NCBI RefSeq assembly: GCF_009914755.1
Contig: NC_060940.1
Reading direction: 5' to 3' (one strand)
Length of the DNA stretch: 64,000 nucleotides
DNA from: the human T2T-CHM13v2.0 reference genome, Homo sapiens
Program-made: the position numbers and the translations under genes
Part shown: positions 1 through 12,250 of the stretch, piece after piece
Position numbering within the stretch: the first letter of the stretch is position 1
Layout: each line of letters starts with the position of its first letter
Notes under the pieces: model-generated
Databases searched by the model: none
Seen by the model: only the letters and a program-made list of their open reading frames with translations
What the model was told of the DNA's origin: nothing

Positions 1-213
1 TAAAAACATTTATATCTGGCCAAACCATTTTAAATTATGATTCTAAGTGATGATGCAAAATACTTTAAGTTATACCAATATTGTGCTATTTTCTTCTTTG
101 TAATCTTGAAGACTATAAAAAGTAAATGCATATAAACACATGTGAAAGCATGTATATAAATATATATAGATATATAATATACAGACACAATTGTGTCTAC
201 ATATAGACAGAAA

Positions 214-246
214 TACACACACACACACACACACACTCACACACAC
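214..246. repeat. (CA)n microsatellite
   Basis: Run of AC dinucleotides with one interruption (…acacactcacacacac). Confidence 0.95.
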
Positions 247-1549
247 CAGCAATGTGGGAAATGCCTTTGATATTTCCAGTGGTTTACACTTTGAATGTAC
301 AGTATTATCGAAGGATTGAAGTAATTTCTGAAGCCTTGAAATAGTGATGCTGCTGTCAATTTAATCCCCACTTTATCCACTACTTCTGCCCCAGGCTTTA
401 AAATACAGCATTGTTCATGGGTAATTTCCCACTACTTCCTGCTGCTAACAAAATGGATACTTTCTTTAAACTAGAAAACACACTGTCTGGCATTACTCAC
501 TTCAATTGGCAATGGGTTTCATATGATCAAAGTCACAGCCTGCGGACAGACAGCTCCTATCCCTTTGAAACAAATCTCAGTGGTCTCTAATTCACAGGTT
601 TGTATCTACCAAGATGTAAATATTTACCTTTCCCTAGAGTAGCAAGTACAGTAAGTGCCTAAATATAAGTCGATCTTCTGTTTTCTCAATATGGAATTTT
701 TTTTTAAACTCTATCATCAGCCTAATTTATTAAATTTATAAATTTAGTTGTAGACTCTTTTATCATTCAAATGAAACATCAAACTTTTTTCATCCTTGGG
801 ATAAATGTCTTTGGGTCATTTAACACTGTTCTCCAAAGCACACCATTTTCACTTCCATCGAAGGTACCTAAGTGAGAGAGGCTTTGAATCCTATACAATG
901 ATGCCACTCTCCAAATTAACCACTCTTACAATAAGCTCTACTGTTTTCTATGCTTCTCCATTCATCTTGTAAGCACAACTTTGTGACCTCCACAATGTAA
1001 GTATTTTATTTTAAAAGTCATCTTTAAAAGGCTTGTTTACAACATCATCTAAACTTGCAGTTTTGAGGTCAGAGCCCCAGTAATAATTATTAAATTGTGT
1101 TACATTTCCTTGTATTTTTTTTGTTTGTTTTTTCACTGATTCTGCCACTGACCTCTTTAAGCAATCCAAACTAGTATTGATTGAGGTCCTCTCAGGCTAA
1201 TGTGCAGTACTTTGTTCAAGATACAGTCATTGAGAAAGTGCTTTGTAATGTGAGATCTTTTATTTACACTGAAAAATATGAATATTTTCCAGTTGGGTTG
1301 ATGTGTACTGGCGGAAAAGCCTTAACTTCCTATGTAGACATTTATGGTTCATTGTATAAATGTCATAATGCTCTCCTGTGCTTTTAACAAGCAATTTCTT
1401 TGTAATACTTTATGGCATTCTTTTGTGCTGAGGCCAGCCTCTGTCTTTTGCAACTCTGCTTTATAAACAACCTCTTTTGTAAACCATTCTGTGACTTGCT
1501 GAAGTGCACATAGTCATCTGTGTAGTACTCGCTATTTTTCAAGAATTGA

Positions 1550-1745
1550 AATTAAGGCTTCTCATTTATTTTTCAAATCTCACTAGACACTCACAACTAT
1601 TTGTTGTGACATTTCTATTCTCTCCACATTGCAGATGAGAAAAATTAATCCTCAGATATATCAGGTAACCTGTCAAATATCACAGACTCAATCAGTAACA
1701 CTTGAGCCTCAACCTCGGATCTATCTGATTCCAGAATTTTACCTG
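1550..1745 (-). mobile_element. MIR SINE fragment
   Basis: Degenerate antisense MIR core: ccacattgcagatgagaaaaattaatcctcaga…ggtaacctgtcaaatatcacag. Confidence 0.6.
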
Positions 1746-1983
1746 TTTATCTGAATATAGTGTATACAAGTGGTCCTATCATGTTTATAGAAGAAGCAGT
1801 TTTAGATATTTCTTAGAAAGAGAAAGATTGTTTTGTAGCTTGGAATAGTATAACTCAATTGTCCTCTGTTTCTGTTTTTCAAAAACCAAAGAAGGATGGC
1901 CCCACAATTTCACTTTAGGTGTTGAAATCAGAGAAATAAAAACATATGTTGACACAAAAACATACATACAGGCTCTTGGCAGC

Positions 1984-2335
1984 TAATATGGTTTGACTGT
2001 GTCCCTACCCACATCTCATCTTGAAGTTCCCCACGTGTTGTGGGAGGGCCCTGGTGGGAAGTAATTGAATCATGGGTGCAGGTTTTTCCTGTGCTGTTCT
2101 TGTGATAGTGAATAAGTCTCATGAGAATTGATGGTTTTTTGAAAGGGCAGTTCCCCTGCACTTCTCTCTTGGCTGCCACCATGTAAGATGTGCCTTCGCT
2201 TCTCCTTCACTTTCCACCATGATTTTGAGGCCTCCCCAGCCATGTGAAACTGTGAGTCCATTAAACCTCATTTTCTTTATAAATTACCCACTCTTGGGTA
2301 TGTCATTATTAGCAGCAAGAGAATAGACTAATACA
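1984..2335 (+). mobile_element. THE1 5' LTR
   Basis: Begins t(a)atatggtttgactgtgtcc and ends agactaataca. Has a short deletion relative to the 3' LTR near cttgaa. ATTAAA at 2260-2265. Confidence 0.95.
2062..2072 (+). promoter_or_regulatory. DUX4-type motif TAATTGAATCA in THE1 5' LTR
   Basis: Matches the DUX4 double-homeodomain consensus TAAYYBAATCA that THE1/MaLR LTRs are known to carry. Occupancy is not shown. Confidence 0.6.
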
Positions 2336-3735
2336 ATAGATTGGTACCAGGAGTAGGGGTACTGCTGTACAGATACCTGAAAATGTGGAAGCAACTTTGG
2401 AACTGGGTAACAGGCAGAGGTTTGAAGAGTTTGGAGGGGCTCAGAAGAAGATAGGAAAACATGGGAAGGTTTGGAACTTCCTAGAGACTTGTTGAATTGG
2501 CTTTGACTAAAATGTTGATCGTGATATGGACAGTAAAGTCCAGGCTTAGGTGGTCTCATATGGTGATGAGGAACTTGTTGGGAACTGGAGTAAAGGTCAT
2601 TCTTGCTATGCAAAGAGGCTGGTGACATTTTCGACCTGACCTAGAATGCTATAGAAATTTGAACTTGAGAGAAATGATTTAGGAAGAAATTTCTAAGTGA
2701 CAAAGCATTCAAGAGGAAGCAAAGCATAACAGTTTGGAAAATTTGCAGCCTGATGATGCAATAGAAAAGAAAAACGCATTTTCTGAGGAGAAATTCAAGC
2801 TGGCTGCAGAAATTTGCATAAGTAACAAGCATCCAAATATTAATTGCCAAGATGATGGGGATAATGTCTTTAGGGCATCTCAGAGATCTTCATGGCCGCT
2901 CCTCCCATCACAGGCCCAGAGGCCTAGGAGGGAAAAACGGTTTTAAGGGCCAGTCCCAGGGCCCCCCTGCTGTGTGCGGTCTCAAGACTTGGTGCCCTGT
3001 TTCCCAGCTGCTCTAGCCATGGCTAAAAGGAGCCATGGTACAGCTCAGGTTGTGGCTTCAGAGGGTGCAAGCCCCAAGCCTTGGCAGTTTCCCCATGGTG
3101 TTGAGCCTGCAGATACACATAAGTTAGGAATTGAGGCTTGGGAACCTCTGCCTAGATTTCAGAGGATGCATGGAAATGCCTGGATGTCTAGGCAGAAGTG
3201 CGCTGCAGGGGTGGGGTCCTCGTGGAGCACCTCTGCTAGGGCAATGTGGAAGGGAAATGTGTGGTAGGAGCCCCCACACAGAGTCCCCACTGGGGCACTG
3301 TTTGGTGGATCTGTGAGAAGAAGGTCACTATCCTCCAGACCCTAGAATAGTAGATCTACCAACAGCTTGCACTGTGTGCCTGGAAAAACTGCAGACACTC
3401 AACACCAGCCCTTAAAGGCAGCCGGGAGGGGGCTATACCCTGCAGAGCCACAGGGGTGGAGCTGCCCAAGGCCATGGGAATCCACCTCTTGCATCAGCAT
3501 GACCTTGATGTGAGACATGGAGTAAAAGGAGATCATTGTATCTAGGAAGTAACTAACTTGCTTTTGATTTTACAGGCTCATAGGTTAAACAGACTTGCCT
3601 TGTCTCAGATGAGACTTTGGACTGTGCACTTTGTAGTTAATGCTGAAATGAATTAAGACTTTGGTAGACTATTGGGAAGGCATGATTGGTTTTGAAATGT
3701 GAGGACATGAGATTTGAGAGGGGCCGGGAATGGAA

Positions 3736-4099
3736 TGATATGGTTTGGCTCTGTGCTCACCTAAATCTCATCTTGAATTGTAGCTCCCATAATCCCTATG
3801 TTTCATGGGAGGGACCCAGTGGGAAGTAATTGAATCATGGGGGCATGTTTTTCCTGTGCTGTTCTTGTGATGGTGAATAAGTCTCATAAGAACTAATGGT
3901 TTTATAAAAGGGCAGTCCCCCTGCACTTCTCTCTTGTGTGCCACCATGTAAGATGTGCTTGCTCCTCTTTTGCTTTCCTCCATGATTGTGAAGCCACCCC
4001 AGCCATGTGAAACTGTAAGTCCCTTAAACCTCTTTTTTCTTTATAAATTACACAGTCTTGGGTATGTCTTTATTAACTGTGTGACAACAGTCTAATACA
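3736..4099 (+). mobile_element. THE1 3' LTR
   Basis: Begins tgatatggtttggct after a purine-rich tract and ends tctaataca; 364 bp. Confidence 0.95.
3827..4020 (+). promoter_or_regulatory. Candidate LTR promoter: DUX4 motif (3827-3837), TATAAAA (3903-3909), splice donor GTAAGT (4015-4020)
   Basis: Motifs read directly from the sequence; activity is inferred. Confidence 0.5.
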
Positions 4100-4363
4100 G
4101 CAGCTTTCTTCATAATAGTTCTAAACTAGAAACTACCCAAATACCTACCAACAGGTGAATTGTTTAACAAATTCTGTTCCAGTACAATGAAATAGCATTC
4201 AGAAATAAAAAGGAAAGAATTCCTGATATATGTAACAGCATAGATGAATCTGAGAAACCTGTTGAGCAAAAGAAGCAAGTGCAAAACAGTATACAATGAG
4301 TGATTCCCTGTATATGAAGTTCAAGAACAGGCAAAACTAACCTACAGGCATGAAAGCAAGTCA

Positions 4364-4834
<471 letters not shown>

Positions 4835-5109
4835 TTATGTAAAATATATTTCAATAGAATTGATTAAAAAGTCAAAGAAATGAATTTTGTATTAAAACTA
4901 TGAAAATTTAAACATTAAAAATAAAGATTGGCTAGTTTGAGGATGAGGGTGTTGATAATTGCAAGTAAATTAACAAAGGCAATAATGAAGAAATGAGAGA
5001 TATTTGACCTTTAAAATAGATGACTCAAGAGAAGAATTAGACTGACTTCAAATATCAGACACAAGGTTATATGTAACAGGCAAGGAGGAACAAACATTTC
5101 ACAGAGCAG

Positions 5110-5290
5110 AAGACAGAGACCTGGATCTCACATAAGGAAACTTTGTAATAACTGTAGTTGTCCAGTGGAAAGGGCTGCCCTGTGCAGTGATAAACCCCAA
5201 CAGACTAGCTCAAAAGAAGTCAGATAAACAACTCTTGATAATGATGTTTAAGAGATCCTTCAAATGGATGAAAAGGCAACTTAGCAATCC
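5110..5290 (+). mobile_element. CR1/L3-like (or MIR3-tail) ancient fragment
   Basis: aaggaaactttgtaataactgtagttgtccagtggaaagggctgccctgtgcagtgataaacccc resembles the L3/CR1 3' end. Confidence 0.5.
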
Positions 5291-5769
5291 TTTAAATGAA
5301 AATTATTTCCTCTGTGAGCTAAAAAAATTACACTCCTTTTAAGGTGTCTAAAAGTCCAGTTCAATTCAAAAAGCATGCATGAGATTTTTAATTGATCAGA
5401 CAGCTGTCCAGGAGACAACATATAGAATGGTTCATTACACTAAAATGCATAGAAAATTGGCCTTAATTCTACGAAGGAATTTGGGCCTCCCTATAAATAA
5501 AATAGATTTATTTTTTTCTCCCGACCGTCTCTAAGAACTCCTTCAATTCACTTCATTATGGAGTTCATAATCAAGGCTAGAAAATGTGTTCCGGGTTATA
5601 GGGAATACACATATATACACAGAATAACAATGTTGATCTAATTATGCAGGAGAAGCCTACACATATTACACTACAGCCAGGTGTGGGCCCAAAGAATACC
5701 AAACACAAATTGCTCTGGAGTTAGAGGGGCCGCAGTTACCCAACTATATATCGATCCACTCTACCCATT

Positions 5770-6090
5770 GGTGATCTCCACCAAGATATAACAGGAGCCC
5801 CTCAAAATTAACTGATAAAATTGAACTGAGTATCGCTCCATTCAGTCTTCTCTTATTGTATTCCTCATCACAGAAAACAGCATCTAAGCTACTCTTCAGA
5901 CTTGAACCTGGAATATACTCTTGTGCCTCCCTCCTACCCTATCCAATAAACCATTATTCTTGCTAATTGACATTTTTTTAAATCATTTCTCCGATCCAGC
6001 CCTTTCTCCTATTCTCCCTGCCACTCTCTCTCTCACCCCAGGAACCCACAGTGTATGACCTGGCATAACGCAATAGCTACCTGTGCGTTT
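5770..6090 (+). mobile_element. L2 LINE fragment
   Basis: atctccaccaagat…ctcaaaattaac…aaaattgaactga…cctggcataacgcaatagc is colinear with the L2 3' region. Confidence 0.65.
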
Positions 6091-6485
6091 TAGAAAACCA
6101 CTTAAGGCCCTGTATAATCTAAACCTTGCGTACCCAAGTATCTGACCCCATCTTGAAGCTTCTCTTTATGCTCTCTTCTCTAGTAATAGTCAGTTGTTTA
6201 ACATTCTGTGGGTTCTTGTTTAGCTTTAGTACTATTATCCCACCACATCTATCCTGACCCTCATTCTGCTCCACCTTTAAAAGTATCTCTTTAGTGAAGG
6301 CTAGGCAGTGCCTAATATACCCCAGGACAGAACTCTGATGGAAGCAAATTGTATGATATGGTTTGAGGTTTCCAACCTCACCCCTTGTTTCCTGACTCTA
6401 GGACATTTAGTTCTGCAGCATAGATCCATACTTAACTTATTGGACCAGTAACAGATATTTAGAAGGTGGAGGAAAAAGAGATACC

Positions 6486-6894
6486 TGGCCTTATCTAAAA
6501 TGTCAGGAAGCAGACAGCATTGCAGAGCTAGAAGCACAAAAGGCTTGTTCAGAAGTAATACCTGTGATTGAAAAACAAAGGAAGCAAGATTGGGCAGGAG
6601 GAGTCCTTACACCAAGATAGGGACCTAATAACCCAAAGCCAAGGTGTGAAACAACAATTGCTGATTGCAGTCCTGCACTGGACAGAAATGTCTAGGCTGC
6701 TATGACCCCAGCCAGCCAGTCATGGCCTGGAGGCCAATCCAAATGTAGTGTGGCTTTGACTCAAAAGCACAGGTCACCTCTATAATGCCAGACTTAACAT
6801 GTTGGGGCTGTCAACTAGCCACACACCTCACAGCTGGGAGGAAATCCTTTCTTGAAGGGGAGCGGAACAGTGCATTTCTGTAATTGCCACTGTA
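6486..6894 (-). mobile_element. LTR16-type 3' LTR
   Basis: gaagcaagattgggcagg…gctgtcaactagccacacacctcacagctgggaggaaatcctttcttgaagggg is the reverse complement of an LTR16-like LTR. Confidence 0.8.
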
Positions 6895-7279
6895 TGTCCC
6901 TGGTACTGCATGAAGCAAATCTGCACCAATAACCAAGGATCTGGGGCCTGTCTTCCTGAGGAGAAATTTAGAAGATGGAGGATAGGAGGATGAATTACTG
7001 TCTTTGTTTGTATAATTAGTCTCAAGTTTATAATTGGACTTCATTCTCTCCTCTCCCTCCCCAATTATCTACTCTAAATACCCTCTCTCTCTCAGCTACG
7101 TGATAATCTGAACATCATTGCTGAGGACACTGAGCTCCTGTTGACCATACTCTTCTTAAGCAGCATCATTTCCTCCTTCCATTCACAGTTGCAGATAGGC
7201 AATAGAGAACCAAGAGAAACCTAAGAAGATTGTCCAAGTCCCACAGATAGCCCTCCTACCTCCACTGTGTATCGACAGC

Positions 7280-7460
7280 CCGCCTCCTCCTGCTGATCAG
7301 GGTAACTTACCTCTAACTAGATGACTGTTTTTTCTTATTGCCTGATGGTCTCTGGATACAACTCACCCAAAGTACCCTGGTGACAGCCATAATTTGTGTA
7401 TGATGTGACATTTGCTGGGTCTCCTGGGGAGAATGTACTCCCTTTGGAAATCAGGACCTC
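7280..7460 (-). pseudogene. ERV-L dUTPase relic
   Basis: Minus-strand translation with frameshifts: EVLISKGSTFSPGD…KLWLSPGYFG*VVSRDHQA…TVILVEVSYPDQQEEAG, matching ERV-L dUTPase text (LPPGHFG…GVIDPD). Located downstream of integrase, as in ERV-L. Confidence 0.8.
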
Positions 7461-10400
7461 TGACCTTGTAGAACCCTGATTTTCACGGATAGGAAGCACA
7501 GAATTCTCCAGTGAGTCACTGCAAATGATAATAAATGAATCTACTATTGCTTCTATTCCTTATTCACAAACCTATGGCATGTTCATATAGAGAGCATAGC
7601 ACCAGACAAATGGCTTTAGATATACCACATTCTGGATGACAATCTATCTTTGCAGAGTATTATTATTATTTAAAGTATAATATTATTGAAAGACCATTTC
7701 AAAACTCTAGGAGGTCAGCTGCTTCTGGAAAGTGTGATCTGACATGGTCAGTAGATCTCATGTTCATGACACCACTTTTGCATGTCCCTCACTGTAAAGT
7801 GTCTCCCTCCCAGTCAACTGCTATATTTTGTGGGATCCAATGACTATGGATCAGGTACTTCACAAGCCCTGGAATAATGGTGATGGCTGAGACTCTATGA
7901 GTAGAAACACCAAACTCATATCCAGAATATGTGTCTCTCCTGTGTAAATAAATAAATAAACCATCCAGGAAGGAAGCTTCCCAATGCTGCCAACTTTTCT
8001 TCTTTTCTTAATTTCTTTCCTTTTTTCTCTCTCTTTCTTTGTCTTTCTTTCTTTCTTTTTCTTTCTTTCTTTCTTTCTTTCTCTTTCTTTCTTTCTTTCT
8101 CGCTTTCTTTCTCTCTTTCTTTCTTTCTCTTTCCTCCTTTCCTCCCTTCCTCCCTTCCTTCTTTCTTCTTCCTTCCTTCCAGGGCAAATTAGCCTCTTTA
8201 GGAACTAGAACTGTGCCAAGTGCTCAGAATTGGTCTCTTGCTGGCAAATCAGGAATTGAGGCAGCAGTAGATCAGCCTTGGCAAGCAGGAGTCCATGCAG
8301 TTGAAAGTGTTCCTAACCTCTGTCTCTTCCATCACAGCCATTTCCTTCATATGTCCATCCTGCCAGTGTCGGGGTGGACATCAACAATAGCTGGTTAACA
8401 TTAACTGGCCAAGTCATACTGTCTCCTTAGTTGCTTGGTGCATTTTCAGTGCTGGAAACATGCTAGTTGATGTTCATGTGTGATGGGGATATGTTCACAC
8501 TTTGTACCCACTTTCATATGCCTTTCCATTGCTCATAAATCCATAGATTTTCTTACCTTGTGCCACATTTCCTTTCCCACAAGGCGGATGACTGATGCCA
8601 TCACCTAAAGCTCCATGCAGAAGATCTGCCCTTCCCCTATCTTTCAAAGCCACCTCTGACTGTGGCTATAATGCAGCTGCCATTTATTTTTAGTCACCAA
8701 GCCAACCCTTTCATAAGTGAAGATGACAATGGGAGTGAGGTGAGGGAGGGGCACTGGTGCAATGGTGGTGGTGACATGGGAGCCTGGGTTACTGCTCATA
8801 TAGCTTGCTGATGCCCTATGTTCATGCTTGTGATTGGACCCTCACATACCATTTCTGCGTTTCCATCTCGTGATGGATTTTTTTCCAAACCAAGCCAACT
8901 ATTTTACTAGAAACTACGTCTTAATGGGTAATTCTGGGTCCATGATCACTTGGTGTTGCATGGTCAAACATTATGTTCCTACCATGGCTCTGTAGCATTT
9001 CAGAAGCTGTTTTTCAAAATGGGTTTAATTTAATTTTCTGCAACAGATGACATGGCTTTTCTCCATAACTCCAGTGGTTTACATTGGATTCTCCCATTGG
9101 AGCTTGCCGTCTGATTCATACCACATCTTTTTCCACCATTTACATGTCCAGTATTGTATAGTCTATCAAACTCCATGGCTTGCTATTATCATGATTAGCC
9201 TGACTTGCTGTAGCCCTTTCCTGATCCTAACCTTATTCAAAGGCTTCTATTTCATCAAGATAGATCATAGTTGTATTTTACTAGTTGTGGAAATTATTCC
9301 CTCCACAATTAGAACAGGATGTTAGATACTATGATAGCTTCTCTGATGTAGGGGATGTAATATGTTGCAACTTGTCTTTTACACTGGAGGAGATGTTCTG
9401 CATATCCCTGACTACTGGATGATAAAAACCTAATTGGAAAGTGATCAGATAAGATGCAGATCTGACAATGTCTCTACCAGTCCAATGAGGATATCTGGAG
9501 CAAAGACTAGCTGGTACAAAAGTCCTGTGTTGGGCAGAAATGACTAAGCCCTTCTGTTGCCACCTTGCACAGTGGCTACAGCTTGTTCCTGAATATTAGT
9601 AGAGTTTATCTCCACCATCCAGCCACCTCTTGCTCATCTTGTCCAATTAGAATAATGCTATCAATTGACTAAATCAACACAATTTTGGGGGGATATCCAG
9701 AAGATTCATATCTCCTCAGACTAGTATAATAGTCCATAGGTCATTTAACTTACCCCGTGGGAAAATTATAAATATATATTGTATCCATTCCATAGGAATG
9801 AATATGAGTGAGAACTGTTTCCTATCCTCTTTCCCAATTGGTATAAGAAAGAAGGTATTTACTAAATAATGTCTGCATACCATAAAGCCTTACTGATCTG
9901 CTCTAGAAGGTACATCATTCAGCATAGCAACTGCAATTGGGGCTACTACTTGGTTGAGTTGTCCACAAATATTCTGTAGAATTCACCTAGTTTCTGCAAG
10001 GGTAAGATTGAGTTGTGTACAGATGTTATCCAGAATTCATCCAGTTTCTACAGGAGCCAGAATGTCCAATCAATTGAGATATTTAAGGGTCACATTAATC
10101 TCCATGACTGACCATATACACTCCTCAATAAAAATATTGTCTTGATTTGACTCAATTTTAAAGTCTTCCACTTGGCTTCTCCAACATGATAGCTCTTATC
10201 TCACAGCCCAAAGTCATAATTTGTGGGTTACTGAACCTTCCAAGAATGTCAATCCCATCATACATTAGAGGATTGGAAACAAAGACCAATGGGTGGGTCC
10301 AAAAATCAGTGGACCCACTGTTCACTGTAAGTCCAATTTTTTACAAGACTTAATCTATTACTTGATTCTCAAGTGACTTCACTCTTAAAAAGAGAAGCTA

Positions 10401-10480
10401 TGATGATTCCTTGGGTTTCTTAGTATCGATGTCAAGTTGGAGTTTTTGTACATTTGTCATTGAAATGCCTGAGTCCCCTT
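7460..10480 (-). pseudogene. ERV-L pro-pol relic (protease, RT, RNase H, integrase) with many stops and frameshifts
   Basis: RT: PLQKLGEFYRIFVD…LNQVVAPIAVA (~9920-10005) and QYIFIIFPRG…SIDSIILIGQDEQEVA (YIDD decayed to SIDS, ~9620-9790). RNase H: AAAL*PQSEVALKD (~8640-8680). Integrase Zn-finger: STPTLAGWTYEGNGCDGRD…HGLLLAKADL…ICQQ (~8235-8385). Confidence 0.85.
7995..8180. repeat. (CTTT)n/(CCTT)n pyrimidine-rich simple repeat inside the ERV integrase region
   Basis: ~185 bp of almost pure C/T. Confidence 0.95.
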
Positions 10481-10499
10481 TCCCAAGTCTATGGTCACT

Positions 10500-12250
10500 T
10501 GTATAAATGCTCATAGATTTATTTCAGGGTAATTACTGTAATGTATGCGTGTCATTTTCCTACAGTGGCCTTCCCTCTGGGAACCTGTGCATTTCTTCAA
10601 TCAATGGGTTTCGGGTCTACAAACTTGCCCAGAAATTTAAACAAGAGATTATGATGTTTTATCAAAGAAACCACCTTCAGCCTCCTTCTCTTTCTATTGC
10701 TATATACTTAGCATATAAGGATATTAATAAAATGAAGAAGACAGACAAAGAGGGAGAGAGAAGTATTTTTGCTGCTTTGCTGGCTACCCCTCTATTTTGC
10801 TTCTAGAGATGTTGTGTTCCATTTGCCATTACCACAATTCTGTACTTCATCCTGGCTGCCACTCTGTCCTTGTTGAAGTTTATGATAATTGCGGTATACT
10901 GGATTTGGTAGTTAAGAGCCATCACTTGACATCTATTGTCATGTCTCTATCATCTCCGTGGCTACCAATAAGCCAAACTGGATGACAACCTCCCTGCTAC
11001 CAGCTCTTGCCTGAGGAGAGAGCCACCATTGAACTTAGTGATATTGGTGTCCACTTACCAGTCCATTCTGGTGTGTTCCTGTGAAATAAAATCCTCAGAT
11101 AAGTCTTTTATCATCATCTAAATATGACCATTCACACATGTCCTCTTCCTTGAGCCTTTTCATCCCCTTTCCTACCATCTGTTGCAGAAATTCAGGTGTT
11201 TCAATGTTGCTCCATATGCATATCTCTTTTTCCAAGGTATACAAGCCATGTCTGCTGCAAGTTTGATACATCCTCTGGGATCCTTACCAAGATTTGGGAA
11301 TCCTGAGAGAATGGCTTCTAATCAATAAACTCTCCTTTATTAAATCCTATTCTCCTTCCCCTTGAATTTGATCTAACACCCTTAGAATCTAGTCTCATGG
11401 GTACTCCTTGGCCACTGTCAGTTCATGCTGTTTATGTCTTGGAGCTCCTTTGGGTTATGGTCTCTTTCCTCCCTTAGGAATCCCAGCACCTCAATGGTCA
11501 GGGTTGTGTTGCTATTTAACTGTGAGTAGTAACCCTGATGGCCAGTGGAGGTGGTAAGGGCATTTCTTGACAGAAGCAGGCACCTGTTAGCTTGAGGAGG
11601 AAATGCCTCTCTGCATTATCTCCCTGCACAGGTTAAGTGGTAGCTCTTAGTGGGGGATGGTGCAGAGAAGGCACTTCTGCAAACTTGTAAGATTCAGAGA
11701 AGTTTGAAATGTTAAATTCCTTGGGGCATGGCTCCTACTCAGATAACTTCATCTCACGTGTCAGGGTCGCATGTTTTCCCAACTAGAGCCTCCAATTTTG
11801 TCATAACTGGCCTGCTTTGGTTGAACATTCAACCCTCTTTGATGTTAAGCTATGCTAACTATTCAATGTAGTACTTACTGTTCTGTTTTCATTGCTCTGT
11901 CATCGTGTGACATGAGGGCCTCTTTAAAAGCTGCCGAAGAGATTCTCTCACTCTCACACTTAGTTTTCAAGTGTTTTGTTGTTGTTGTTTGATTTGGTTT
12001 GGTTTTACTTGTCATCATCTTATTATCCATGTATAGGGGAGCAATGCAACTTACTAACAACTATACAAATCCATTAATTATCTTCATGGTTGTTATCATC
12101 CCCAAAGCCTGAATCATCACACTGGATAGTTTACTCCCTTCCACTGCCACATTCTCCTAAATCATCACCAGTAAGATTTTAAAAATTTGTTTGTCACCTT
12201 GTGCCAGGGGCTATTTGTGCTCCACCTGCTGGACAGGTGTAGTGGCCCAG
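10500..12250 (-). pseudogene. ERV-L gag relic
   Basis: Lies between protease and the 5' LTR and is homologous to the internal segment of the second ERV-L at 14400-15250. Confidence 0.65.

Larger units (their letters stand above)
1984..4099 (+). mobile_element. Two-LTR THE1 (THE1B/C-like) ERVL-MaLR retrotransposon
   Basis: Two homologous LTRs flank a 1400-bp THE1-int. Perfect 5-bp TSD GCAGC at 1979-1983 and 4100-4104. ORFs 2734-2946 and 2974-3267 are fragments of the MaLR internal ORF. Confidence 0.97.

Noticed and set aside
731-746. 16-bp palindrome taaatttataaattta
   Set aside because: Pure-AT low-complexity palindromes are common by chance.
2231-2243. PRDM9 hotspot motif in THE1 LTRs
   Set aside because: The LTRs read CCTCCCCAGCCAT and CCACCCCAGCCAT, not the hotspot-associated CCTCCCTNNCCAC variant.
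2734-3267. THE1 internal ORFs as an intact or domesticated gene
   Set aside because: The ORF is broken by stops, frameshifts and deletions; this is an ordinary MaLR remnant.
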